A stretch of DNA of 62,939 bases, counting the filler, from Folioceros fuciformis (taxonomy: Eukaryota): NCBI GenBank assembly GCA_049999805.1. It is 15 parts of 15 records of this genome, joined end to end, with 100 filler letters (N's around TTAATTAATTAA, not from the genome) between each part and the next. Parts side by side here need not be neighbours in the genome. Positions count along the whole stretch, not along the records: positions 1 to 4,812 come from JBNGIO010000450.1; positions 4,913 to 12,550 come from JBNGIO010000451.1; 13 more parts are not named here. One strand, written 5' to 3'. Position 1 is the first letter of the stretch, and every line of letters starts with the position of its first letter. The notes under the pieces are model-generated. The model searched no databases. It worked only from the letters and a program-made list of their open reading frames with translations, and had not been told where the DNA came from. Of this stretch, positions 1-10,999 are shown piece by piece. The translations under genes were made by a program, and so were the position numbers.

Positions 1-561
1 TCTACGTCCCGAGGGAGAGGAACCACTGCTCTTCTTCCGAGGTGGAGAAACGCCCTGGCCCTCGGCAGCCTTCACCTTCTTCTTCTTCCGCCTCGGAGGA
101 GACGCGTAATCGGAAAACACCTTCCTCTTGCGCTGCGGTGAGAGCTCCCCGGAGAGACCATAGTTCGAAGGCTCCACGTAGTTCTCATCAAAGCCTGGCC
201 CGAACGTTAGTGCCTGGGCTGCCGCGCTACTGATGCGCTTCATCCCTACAGGCCGCTGATCCGCACCCGACTCCCTCCCTCCTAGCTGCACTTGGATGCA
301 GACCTAGACATTTTAGACCCTAGCACAAATCAAAATGGCTGTGATGTCCAGACCAGTGTAATTAGGCTGTCGTCTAACTAGACGGCGTCAAATTACTGCA
401 GTTGGACACCATCGAATTGACGATACGAGAGCCGGAGCAGACCAGAGCTGAGCTGTGCAAGGGGGGGAGCTGTGAGAGATCGGAGCGTGTTGCTGGCGAC
501 GGAGAGTGCATTTGCATCTGCAAGGAAGGATCGTGCGGGTTGCAGATTGCAGGGAGCGAGG

Positions 562-1969
562 ATGAGCGGGGCAGGAGCGGGGCCGGATGCGCTCTTCTCG
601 CTGCGCAACTACTTCTACCTGGGCGCGTACCAGGCAGCCATCAACGAGTCCCATGGTGGGGGCTTGACGGAGGCGGAGAGCGTGGAGAGGGATGTGATTG
701 TCTACCGCTCGTATTTGGCCCTTGGGAGCTACCAGGTATCCCAGATAGGCTTCGGGGTTGGGTCACAGGGTGGGATGATGGACCCTGACCCTTGCTCTGT
801 GTGTGCAGCTCGTCATCGATGAGATCAGCAGTTCAGCTCCCACCTCGCTGCAGGCAGTGAAACTCCTAGCACTGTATCTGTTGGGGGGAGACAAGAGGGT
901 ACGGTGTCCGGCTTCTGGGGTCGAATGGGTGTGTGACTGGATGTTGAAAGGAGGGATTGCCAGATTTAGGGTTCTTGTTTTGTACCCGCAGGCCAAGGCG
1001 CTGGAGAGCCTACAAGAGTGGCTGGCAGATACTGCAATTGCCACCAACCCCACGCTTCTACTGGTTGCTGGGACTATCTATGCCAGCGAGCAAGACTATA
1101 ACTCTGCTTTGAAGCTGACGCATGGCGGAGGGACGCTTGAACTGTGAGTGGGCTGACTTGGAGGGTCTTGTTGTCTTGCAGTGCACTGTCTGATCTCATT
1201 AGAGGGAGGCCTGGCCTTTTGTGTGCAGAAACGCCCTCAACCTGCAGCTGTATCTCAAGCTGCACAGGACGGATTTTGCTGAAAAACAGCTCAAGATTAT
1301 GCAGCAGATCGATGAAGACCATACCTTAACGCAGTTAGCAAATGCCTGGCTCAATCTTGCGGTGGTGGGTCCTTGGCCCTGCCTTGCGTCATCTTGGAGG
1401 CACGGTGCTCCGGTTTCACCTGACAATCGCATTGCCGATGGAACATGTAGGGCGGGTCCAAGATACAGGAAGCTTTCTACATTTTTCAGGAGCTATGCGA
1501 GAAGTTTGCACTCACCGTTCCCATCATGAATGGCAGTGCTGTCTGCAACATGCATATGGGCCACTTCGAGGAGGCTGAGCAGACGCTTCTGGACGCCCTG
1601 AACAAGGCAAGGCTCGCGCTTGAGTTGCACTTCACCTGCCTTCCTTCCCCAAACCCCAGTAAGTTGAAAGGGTGGCTGATGTTATGTTGCACGCAGGATT
1701 CCAAAAATCCAGACACACTCGCAAATCTGATCGTGTGTGGTCTTCATCTGGGAAAGCCTACAAGCCGATATCTCAGGTTTGTTCCAGCAACACCAGAATA
1801 GATGCCGGTTGATAGCAAGAGCCTCCATATTTTCTGTATGCGAAATTCTCAGCTGTGTTACCCTTTTTGTTGCAGTCAATTGAAGGCATCCCACCCTGAT
1901 CACGTCCTTGTTCAGCGTGCTTCAAATGCGGAGTCAGCATTTGATCGAGCCATGCAGGCTCTGGGTTGA
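562..1969 (+). CDS. COPE: Coatomer subunit epsilon (epsilon-COP), 7 exons, complete
   Basis: Exons 562-735, 809-898, 992-1143, 1229-1364, 1451-1606, 1697-1776 and 1876-1969 splice in frame. Product includes [56 protein letters not shown] and DPDTLANL-type motifs. Intron 5 has a GC donor. Confidence 0.95.
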
Positions 1970-2428
1970 TCAAGTCCTGTTACATATATCTAGTAGTGTT
2001 AGACTTCCTGAGTTAGACAATTTTTGCTGCCTTCTGCCACATTGGTCAGGGAGGACCACGTTCGCCTTGTTAGCTGTACTGTTTCAAGGGCCTTTCACAA
2101 TGGCAGTTCAAAGTACTGCACCGTTTCCTGCAAAGAAAAGAAAAGCTCTAAAAAAGGCCTTCTTTCCATCAAAGAAAGTAGCAAACTGCGCTCACGGTGA
2201 GTTTGCAGTATTCTATATTTGGTCCAAAAAACGGGCCAGGGACTTGCTCTGTTTCCATTGTATACCCGTGATGGTATAATTATAACTAATAATCATACAC
2301 GTTAGGCCCTTCAGCTCCTTTCCTTAGAGCAAACAAAAGACCACATCCGGTTGGGCTGCTATTCTGCTCTCTCTGCCCCTTCAGTCGCTCTTCCGTTTAC
2401 CTCCCCGGGTCGAAGACCCGCGGTATCC

Positions 2429-4812
2429 ATGCGGCGCCGAGGCTGGCCCAGAGTTGGGCACGGGATCTTGAGTTTGCTTTCCTCCAAGCACGTCTTCCGC
2501 TCTACTGCTATCCGCGTGCGGAGCGAATTCATGGTCGAAGATCGGTCCCGTTTGGGTTTTCTGATGTCGGAAGTGGGAAGAAGCTTTCTGTGTCCCGCTT
2601 TGAGTGGGAAATCTCATGTTCCTGCGGCGAGGATGACCAACTTCCCGGATGAGATGGACCCAGCGGGGCAACGCGGCGCAGACAGCCATGAGAACGAAGT
2701 CTCCAAACCGCTGATTCAGTTCCTGGACTCCCTGAAGAATTTCGAGAAACAGGGGGTGCCAGAGGGAGCAGGCACAGAGTCTAGACATGGCTTTGACCTT
2801 GATCTCATGAGGCGGTTGCTGGCACGCCTAAATGATCCTCATCTCCAGTACCCAGTAAGTGCAATTCTGAAATCACGTTTCCAGCTTGCCTTCGTGCTGG
2901 ACACGACATCTTCCGACAAAGCTGTTTTATCCTTGTGGCAGATTGTGCACGTCGCGGGCACGAAGGGCAAGGGCTCCACAGTTATCTTCGTCAGCAGCAT
3001 CCTACGGGCAGCCGGATTTTCTGTAGGGACTTACACCAGGTACGCTGTTGCTCGCACCAATCATTTGGCTGTGTTGGGAAGCACTGCATTCTTGCAGTTC
3101 TGAGAAGGCTGGCGTTGCTGGCCCGGCAGTCCACATCTCCTTTCCATTCGTGAAAGAATAGTATCAGGAAGAACTGCAGAGCCCATATCTGATGGGTCTT
3201 TAGGGAAGCTGTTTGAGGACACGAAATGCACCCTTCATGAGGCAGTGGCTTATGAGTCGGGTGCTCTGACGCATTTTGAGGTCCTACCAGGTGCCAAACC
3301 AGTTGTCTTTTGGATGCTGGGTCTGGGAGTTGTGCCATCCATATGTGCAGTAGTTGAGACCTTGCAGCTTATCCTTTCCACATGCCGTTGCTTGCAGGTG
3401 TTGACAGCATTGGCTTTTACACACTTTGCCAGGGAGAAAGTTGATGTGGCAGTGATCGAGGTATGGCGAATTGCTTGTGTTTGCCGTCTTTTCTTTTCCT
3501 CCATGGAGAAACACTGACTCAATCGATAGCAGGTTGGGTTAGGTGGAGCGCGGGATGCAACGAATGTGGTGCCGCCTGCTGGACTAGCAGCGTCTGTCAT
3601 TGTGAGCATTGGTGAAGAACATATGGCAGCTTTGGGTGGCTGCTTAGAAAACATTGCACTTGCTAAGGCCGGCATCATCAAGGAGGGTCGTCCGGTAAGT
3701 GCCTCGTTCCGCTGTCCTTGTCCATACATTTGGAGTATGAAATGGACAACCAGTGCTTCGGGACCAGTAAATGTGATACATAAGGTGTTGCAGGTCATAG
3801 TGGGACACCAACCACACAGAGAGGCCGAGGAGACAATATACAGAGTAGCAGCTCGCAAACAGTCGTCGGTGATCAAGGCTTTTGGCCCGGACGTCGCTCA
3901 TTCTGTCAAAGATGTCGTGTTCGAGAATGAGGATACTTTTCAGATATGTGATCTATCCGTCAACCTGGAGGAAAAGAGTGAGCGCGTATCAGCAACAAGG
4001 AAGGTGCGTAAAGGATGCCTTATTGAGCTGCATTCATCTGGGGGCACATGAAATAAGCAGATTGTGAGCACGGGACCACTTAGCTGCATCGCCAAACTTA
4101 TGACAAGATTCGGTCGGACAGAACTTCAGCTCAACGGATCTGAGGTTACGTTTGCTTGGAGTCCATCAGCTTGATAACGCCGTCACTGCTGTTTGTGCAG
4201 CCTTGGTCCTTCGTGGTCAAGGTATTGGATCCCCATGGGTCGTGTTCGCCCATTTTTCTTTCCCTGATGGAAAGATTCACGTTATGTCAGTGGTTGCTGT
4301 CCAGGTTGGAACATTCCTGACCACTCCATAAAGGCTGGCCTAGAGACTGCTCACATGCCTGCAAGGTTCCAAGTCCTCACTCGAAAGGAAGCGGAGCAAC
4401 TGGGTTGTGACGGCTTCACCATTGTTCTGGATGGAGGTACTCCTCACACACACAACGAATGCAGATGGCCCTCAACGTTTGGACGTCCAAGGTATTCAAT
4501 AGCTTCCAGGCTGACATGTTCGTTGTCGCTGTACTTCCTCGCAGCTCACACGACCGAATCGGCAGCAGCTCTGGCTAATACTTTAAAGGCTATCCCCGAG
4601 GAACGCCTGGCACTGATCGTAGCGATGGCATCTGATAAGGATCACGCGGGATTTGCATCCGCGTTTCTCTCCGGTACAGCTGTCGATTTATACATCACAG
4701 TTCTTTGTGTGGGGTGCAACGGTAGCTGGTTGACAGCTGGTTGTGGTGCAGGCTCAAGGAGGAAGCCTCAGTTGGTGATCACCACGCAGACTCTTGTAGC
4801 CGGGAGTGAGAA
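2429..4812 (+). CDS. DHFS: Dihydrofolate synthetase (FolC/FPGS family, GLA1/DHFS type), 3' end cut by contig edge
   Basis: [23 protein letters not shown]-loop [60 protein letters not shown] and AMASDKDH across 10 exons with GT-AG introns. The R/S-rich N-terminus looks like a transit peptide. The start codon is uncertain. Confidence 0.9.
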
Positions 4813-4912
4813 NNNNNNNNNNNNNNNNNNNNNNNNNNNNNNNNNNNNNNNNNNNNTTAATTAATTAANNNNNNNNNNNNNNNNNNNNNNNNNNNNNNNN
4901 NNNNNNNNNNNN
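4813..4912. other. Artificial contig spacer (N44-TTAATTAATTAA-N44, stops in all six frames); first of 14
   Basis: Identical 100-nt spacers also start at 12551, 23158, 30350, 33373, 36949, 39407, 42948, 46158, 51420, 53094, 54488, 58013 and 60948. Confidence 0.99.
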
Positions 4913-4914
4913 CT

Positions 4915-7900
4915 CTTGCCCCGGACGCCCTCTCCAATTGGACGCCACTTTCTTCGTCTCCATGTCAGTGGGAGCGGGTTAGTTGCACCCAACACGGCCG
5001 AGTCGCCGCTCTAGACCTTTCGCAGTTGAACTTTTCGGGTACCATATCCGTGAGTCTTGCAGCTGTGACCAGCTTGGAGCACCTCAACCTGTCCTACAAC
5101 GCTCTTGAGGGACTTATTCCCGACATCTCCTCTCTTGTCAATCTCCAGTCTTTAGACCTCAGTAGCAACACCCTTTCTGGCGCCATTCCATCATCCTTGG
5201 CTGGTCTCATCAACCTGCGAGCACTCAACCTCTCCTCCAACAATCTGAGCGGAGGCATCCCTCCTCTTCCTGTCTCTCTATACAGTGTAGACCTCAGTTT
5301 CAACCATCTGTCTGGCACCATACCTGACCACCTAGCCTCGCTTCCGGACCTCCGCCTCCTGGCACTTGCCCTAAATTCCTTCAACGGTCCTTTGCCCTCA
5401 GCTCTGTGGGAACTGGTGAATCTTGCGCACCTGGATCTCAGTTTCATGCGTCTCACGGGCCCGCTCCACCCAGGCCTTGGCCTACTTGCACAGTTACGAC
5501 ACTTGGACTTGAGCGGAAATTCTTTCAGTGGGGACCTTCCACAGGAGTTGGGAAACCTGCGTGGCCTTGAATATCTGGACCTCAGTGCTTGTCTTTTTCA
5601 GGGCCCTCTACCCCCTCAACTCTGGGGTTTGGAAAATCTCACCTGGTTGGATGTCAGCAAGAATTCTCTGCAAGGGACGCTCGCGCCCCAGATTGGAGGT
5701 CTACAGCGCTTGGCGCACCTTGACCTGAGCGCCAACCTCCTCTCTGGGACACCGCTTCCCCCAATCGCCAACCTCTCCACCTTGACTTATTTGGATGTCA
5801 GCAGCAATTCCTTCTCCGGCCAGCTAGAGGGGAGTCTGGCGTCACTGGTAACTTTAAGGTACTTAGATCTGGGCAGCAACTCGTTTTCCGGAGTCATACC
5901 TGCAGATATTGGAAAATTGGTGGAGCTTGAGTACTTGGGGCTGCGTTACGTACAGGTGTCAGGAGGAATACCCGCGGGGCTCTTCAACCTGACGAGCCTG
6001 AGGATCCTCGACATTTCGAATGCTGGACTGACCGGCGTCCTTCCTGAGGAGCTTGGCAAGCTTGTCTTGCTGGAAAAGTTGTCTATGGACAACAATCAGC
6101 TCACAGGGCGCCTTCCGATCGCAATTGGGAACCTGAACTCTCTTAACATTCTTACTCTCTCCTCCAACCAGCTGACTGGACCCCTTCCAAGTTCTCTGGG
6201 TAACTGCTCGCACCTTACGGTGCTCGCACTAACTTTCAACTCCATTTCCGGACTCATTCCTCCGGAGCTCAGAAATTTGCGGGGAATTAGGAGCTTTTCT
6301 CTGGGAGGGAACCAGCTGGCAGGGAATGTTCCAACTTGGTTCAATGAGTTTGTTGGCGTGATAGATATCTACTTGTCCAGCAACAAGTTGGAGGGTGGAA
6401 TCCCCAAGGAGCTGGGCCTCTGCCCTTCCCTAATGACGCTGGCGCTCAATGGCAACAGGCTTTCTGGCTCCATTCCTACCGGACTTTGTAATCAAGGTTC
6501 ATTGATTGATGCTCTTTACCTGAGTGGAAATCTCTTGAGTGGCGACATTGATGAAGCCTTCAAGGGGTGCTTGAACCTGAAGACCCTGGATTTGAGTGGG
6601 AACCAGCTGACAGGGTCCATCCCTGGCTACCTTGCTGGTCTTCCTCTCGTATCACTGGACTTGGAGGGGAACAACTTCACGGGCCTGCTTCCGGACCAAC
6701 TGTGGAGCAACGGTAACACCATTATTGAGATTGCTGTGGGATCCAATCGACTGGAGGGCGCTATATCTCCTCTTGTGGGCAATTTGACATCGCTTCAAAA
6801 TCTAAGGCTAGAAAACAATCTCTTCAGTGGCTCCCTGCCGAACAGCCTTGGCAATTTGACGGATCTGGTTTGGCTGTCGGCCCAGAGCAATATGCTGTCG
6901 GGCAGTATCCCAGTGGAGCTGTTCAGGTGTGTGAATCTGAGCACGCTCAATCTTGGGTTCAACCAGCTCACTGGTCCAATTCCACCAGTCATCGGACGGC
7001 TCAAGAACCTGGAGTACCTTGCGTTGTCGCACAACAGTTTGTCCGGGCCTGTTCCAAGTACCATATGCTGCGGATTTCAGGTAAGGCTGGGGTATTTGTT
7101 TCTTGTTGCTTTTGCGGCAACAAGGTTGTGGGACTGTACGTTCTGTTCTAAGGACTTTGGGCTGATGTCTAAACAGTTTGCGACATCACTCCCACAAGCA
7201 AGCTTCCTTCAGCATCACGGAGTCTTAGATCTCTCGTGGAACAGACTGGAGGGGAGCATCCCACAAGAGATCGGGAATTGTAGCGTGCTAGTCGGGCTGG
7301 ATCTGTCAGGCAACATGCTGACCGGCAGCATCCCTTGGGAGTTGAGTCAGCCGGTGAATCTGACTAATTTGGACCTGTCCCACAACGAATTGAGTGGGGT
7401 AATTCCAGCGGCACTTGGATATTCCTCCAAATTGCAAGCATTGAATTTGGCTGGAAATCGGTTGGGAGGATCCATTCCAGCTGAGCTATGCAATCTAGAC
7501 GACTCGCTGGCCGTGCTGAATCTGTCGGCTAACGGGTTGGTGGGAAGAATTCCACAGGAACTTGGGAAGCTGAAGAGCCTGTACAGCCTGGACCTGAGCA
7601 GAAATGAGCTGGAGGGAGAGGTGCCGGGATCTCTGGCCGGACTGGAACAGATAGCATTCCTGCATCTGGAGATGAACCAGTTGAGGGGCGGCATTTCTAA
7701 GTTGCTGACAGAGGCCGCGATGTGGCGGCAGGTGCAGGAATTGAATGTTTGCTGCAACTCGCTGAGCGGACCCATTCCTGGCAGCCTTGCCAATCTGACG
7801 GGGCTGTCAAGGCTGGATGTCCATGGGAACAGGCTCAGCGGGCACATTCCAGAAGGGCTGGGCTCTTTGCTGCAGCTGCAGTATTTGGATATGTCGGACA

Positions 7901-9258
7901 ATCAGCTGGAAGGCGAGTTTCCTGCGGAATTGTGCACACTCAGTGATTTGCAGTGGCTCAATGTTTCGGACAATATGCTGAAGGGCAATGTATCCGCGGA
8001 AGGCGCGTGCGGGTCCCTGTGGCCCGCAGCTTTTTGGTACAACTGCCTGCAAGGGCTAGGCGCCGGATACCGGTGTGCGGGCGCGGGCAGCAGGCGCAGG
8101 GGGACCATTCTCGGCATCGCTGTTGGCAGTAGCGTGGCCACCATGGGCGCGCTGCTGGTACTGATGGTAGGGACGAGATGCAGATCAATGAGGCACCAGG
8201 ATCAGGAGGAGGACGACGACGACGAGAGGTTGAAGCTGAAGCGGAAGCTGAGATCAGGCATGGCGGAGTGGGAGGATGGTGGCACCGGTGGGCCCGGAGG
8301 AGAGCTGCTGTGCAAGGAGCCACTGAGCATCAACGTGGCCATGTTCGAGCGGCCTCTGCTACGGCTGAGCCTGGCGGACGTTCTGCAGGCCACCAACAGT
8401 TTCTGCAAGAGCAACATCATCGGAGATGGCGGGTTCGGCACCGTTTACAAAGCCGTTCTCCCGGACGGCCGGAGCGTGGCCATCAAGAAGCTGGGACTGG
8501 CGCGCACGCAGGGCAACCGGGAGTTTTTGGCAGAGATGGAGACGCTGGGCAAGGTGAAGCATCGCAACCTGGTGCCGCTTCTGGGCTACTGCTCGCTGGG
8601 CGACCAGAAACTGCTCGTATACGAGTACATGGTGCACGGCTCGCTGGACCTTTGGCTGCGAAACCGTGGCCACGAGCAACAGCCACAGCAGCAACAGCAG
8701 GTGCTGCTGGACTGGTCTAAGCGGCTAAGAATTGCTGTGGGCTCCGCACGCGGCCTCGCCTTCCTCCACCACGGCTTCGTTCCCCACATCATCCATCGCG
8801 ACATCAAGGCTAGCAACATTCTTTTGGATGCGGACTTCGAACCGCGCGTGGCCGACTTTGGGCTGGCAAGGCTTATCAGCGCCTACGACACTCACGTCAG
8901 TACCGACATCGCTGGCACCTTCGGCTACATCCCACCCGAATACGGGCAGCAGTGGAGGTCCACCACGCGAGGCGACGTCTATAGCTATGGCGTCATCCTC
9001 CTTGAGCTGCTCACCGGAAAGGAGCCTACGGGCGTAGATTTCAAGGATGTGGAGGGCGGCAATTTGGTGGGCTGGGCCCGCCAAATGGTGAAGCACGGTC
9101 TGGCGCTGCGAGCCTTGGATCCTGTCATTGCCAGGGACAGCCCCAGCAAATTGTCCATGCTCAAGCTGTTGCAGATTGCAGGATTGTGCACTGCGGACGA
9201 CCCAGTCAAGCGCCCCACCATGTTGCAGGTGCTCAAGTTTCTAAAAGACGTGAATTAA
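4915..9258 (+). CDS. EMS1: LRR receptor-like kinase EMS1/EXS (LRR-X), signal peptide lost at contig edge, one intron 7081-7176
   Basis: The frame is open from the contig edge with an N-cap (SPCQWERVSC), followed by many LxxLxLxxNxLxGxIP repeats and the island motif SFLQHHGVLDLSWN. After a TM helix come KEPLSINVAMFERPLLRL, IIGDGGFGTVYKA, QGNREFLAEMETLGKVKHRNLV, HRDIKASN and THVSTDIAGTFGYIPPEYGQ, all typical of EMS1. Confidence 0.93.
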   Translation, partial: LAPDALSNWTPLSSSPCQWERVSCTQHGRVAALDLSQLNFSGTISVSLAAVTSLEHLNLSYNALEGLIPDISSLVNLQSLDLSSNTLSGAIPSSLAGLINLRALNLSSNNLSGGIPPLPVSLYSVDLSFNHLSGTIPDHLASLPDLRLLALALNSFNGPLPSALWELVNLAHLDLSFMRLTGPLHPGLGLLAQLRHLDLSGNSFSGDLPQELGNLRGLEYLDLSACLFQGPLPPQLWGLENLTWLDVSKNSLQGTLAPQIGGLQRLAHLDLSANLLSGTPLPPIANLSTLTYLDVSSNSFSGQLEGSLASLVTLRYLDLGSNSFSGVIPADIGKLVELEYLGLRYVQVSGGIPAGLFNLTSLRILDISNAGLTGVLPEELGKLVLLEKLSMDNNQLTGRLPIAIGNLNSLNILTLSSNQLTGPLPSSLGNCSHLTVLALTFNSISGLIPPELRNLRGIRSFSLGGNQLAGNVPTWFNEFVGVIDIYLSSNKLEGGIPKELGLCPSLMTLALNGNRLSGSIPTGLCNQGSLIDALYLSGNLLSGDIDEAFKGCLNLKTLDLSGNQLTGSIPGYLAGLPLVSLDLEGNNFTGLLPDQLWSNGNTIIEIAVGSNRLEGAISPLVGNLTSLQNLRLENNLFSGSLPNSLGNLTDLVWLSAQSNMLSGSIPVELFRCVNLSTLNLGFNQLTGPIPPVIGRLKNLEYLALSHNSLSGPVPSTICCGFQVRLGYLFLVAFAATRLWDCTFCSKDFGLMSKQFATSLPQASFLQHHGVLDLSWNRLEGSIPQEIGNCSVLVGLDLSGNMLTGSIPWELSQPVNLTNLDLSHNELSGVIPAALGYSSKLQALNLAGNRLGGSIPAELCNLDDSLAVLNLSANGLVGRIPQELGKLKSLYSLDLSRNELEGEVPGSLAGLEQIAFLHLEMNQLRGGISKLLTEAAMWRQVQELNVCCNSLSGPIPGSLANLTGLSRLDVHGNRLSGHIPEGLGSLLQLQYLDMSDNQLEGEFPAELCTLSDLQWLNVSDNMLKGNVSAEGACGSLWPAAFWYNCLQGLGAGYRCAGAGSRRRGTILGIAVGSSVATMGALLVLMVGTRCRSMRHQDQEEDDDDERLKLKRKLRSGMAEWEDGGTGGPGGELLCKEPLSINVAMFERPLLRLSLADVLQATNSFCKSNIIGDGGFGTVYKAVLPDGRSVAIKKLGLARTQGNREFLAEMETLGKVKHRNLVPLLGYCSLGDQKLLVYEYMVHGSLDLWLRNRGHEQQPQQQQQVLLDWSKRLRIAVGSARGLAFLHHGFVPHIIHRDIKASNILLDADFEPRVADFGLARLISAYDTHVSTDIAGTFGYIPPEYGQQWRSTTRGDVYSYGVILLELLTGKEPTGVDFKDVEGGNLVGWARQMVKHGLALRALDPVIARDSPSKLSMLKLLQIAGLCTADDPVKRPTMLQVLKFLKDVN

Positions 9259-9295
9259 CAGTTATATTCAACTTATATTGCCTTCGAGTCGCTAG

Positions 9296-10256
9296 CTAAT
9301 TTTCAGCTTCAACTTCCACTTCCTCACCGTCCCTCTCGAGTCCCACCCAAGATGTGAAAGCGAACAGAAACTCCTTGAATGTGATCGTCCCGTCTTTATC
9401 CCAATCCATTTCCTCTGCCCCACAAACGTCACTACTCATTAGTGACAAAACTAGTCTAACAACGGGACATTCAGCCAAACAACCAAAGGACACCAATATA
9501 CCAAATCGTTTCACTCCTATTTTGTCACCGCTCCTCGTCGCCCCAGGCGATGCCTCGTTCATTGCGTACACCATTTCCCTCTTGCTGACATAACCATCTC
9601 CGTCACGATCGAAAAAAACAAAGGCCTCCACGATCGTGTCAAATGTGGCTTCCAGCTGTGGCAGTCCTGTTGGGGAGCTCTGATCATCATCGATCAAGGA
9701 GAAGACACAACACAACTTGCACACAAACCTTTAGACAGGCATGACCGGCAAGCAGGGGCTTGGATACAGTCTTCTGGTTGCCTGCTTTCCCAAGCAAGTA
9801 TACAAGTGCCAGCACAACAATGAACTCCTTAAAATCGATGCCATGATTTGAGTCCATGTCACTTTCAGCGTGGTAAGCCCTCACTTCCTCATCTGTAAAC
9901 TCTACTTGCAATTCTGTGAAACAGGCCTTCAACTCCTCCAGATCTATGATGCCGTTCCCATTTCTATCTGCACCCACCACCAAATCTACCAGTAGGATAA
10001 CACATCCACGTAGCATGAAGGACCCCAGTGGAGGGACACGCACAAGCGCCATACCGTATTTACGAAATATCACCCGAACTTGTTCCAGGGATTCGTCGAT
10101 TTTTGGGAACTTCATGATGATACTGTTGAATGTCTTCAATTTGGTACCCTCTCGACCAGCTGCTTTCTCTGCCATAGCTTTCACGAGTCTCTGTCCTATC
10201 TTTGACTGCCTTGGCCCCCTTCCCACACTCTTCTGAGTACTGCTTTTACCACCCAT
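9296..10256 (-). CDS. Calmodulin-like EF-hand protein (CML21/22-like), 4 exons
   Basis: Exons 10256-10055, 9967-9768, 9679-9502 and 9414-9296. Motifs FNSIIMKFPKIDESL and four EF loops (DRNGNGIID, DMDSNHGID, DRDGDGYVS, DWDKDGTIT). MGGKSS fits an N-myristoylation motif. Confidence 0.9.
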
Positions 10257-10999
10257 TATGAAGAGACAACCTCGCCACTCCAACTTGCCACGCACCAATA
10301 TCCAACTTCAGGCCATGTACAAAGCCTCGGCCTTCAAACCCTGGTGACGTTTCCAAACCATCATTCAGTTTCTTGCGCACATAATACTACGGGCCAGGCC
10401 GGATCTGCCCGATTATGGTGATTGACTTCTAACCCTCTTGTACACGCACACATCGTCTCCTGATCTCGCTCAAGATGGTCATACTAGACAACGACGTTGA
10501 ACAGAACAAGCCAGCGAAAGACAGGGTGGAGTCTTGCACCTCCAGCAATTCACTCACAGTGACCGCAAACAAGGTTCTCCGAGGCCGGAATGCTCGGTGA
10601 AGATCGGATCCTAAAAGATCCTTCCAGGCCTCTTCCTCGCTACAATCTTGCCACGCGCTGTGGTGACAAGGTACCTGGTGTGGTGATTGGCCTTCATTTG
10701 TCAGTATCCTTTTTCCATGGTGGTTTTCATTCTCCCGCAGACGATCCACTCCCACTCCCAAACTATCCACCACAAATCAAGGAAGAAATGACGTGAATTT
10801 TATCTGTCGAACTAGGCAGGAAAATGGGTGAAAAAAAAAGGAAATAATTTGATAGAACTCCACTACGAGATTCTCATCTAGGCCCAAAAAGACTTCCCTT
10901 TTTCCCACAGAATTCAAGTGTTATGGGTTTTCATTTGCTGTGATTGTTATGATGAGATATTAATAACGAGATTAATAGAGTTTTGCCACATTGAAAGCT

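Noticed and set aside
5094..9236. Many antisense and alternative-frame ORFs over EMS1 and other genes
   Set aside because: Shadow ORFs of GC-rich coding sequence with no recognisable motifs.
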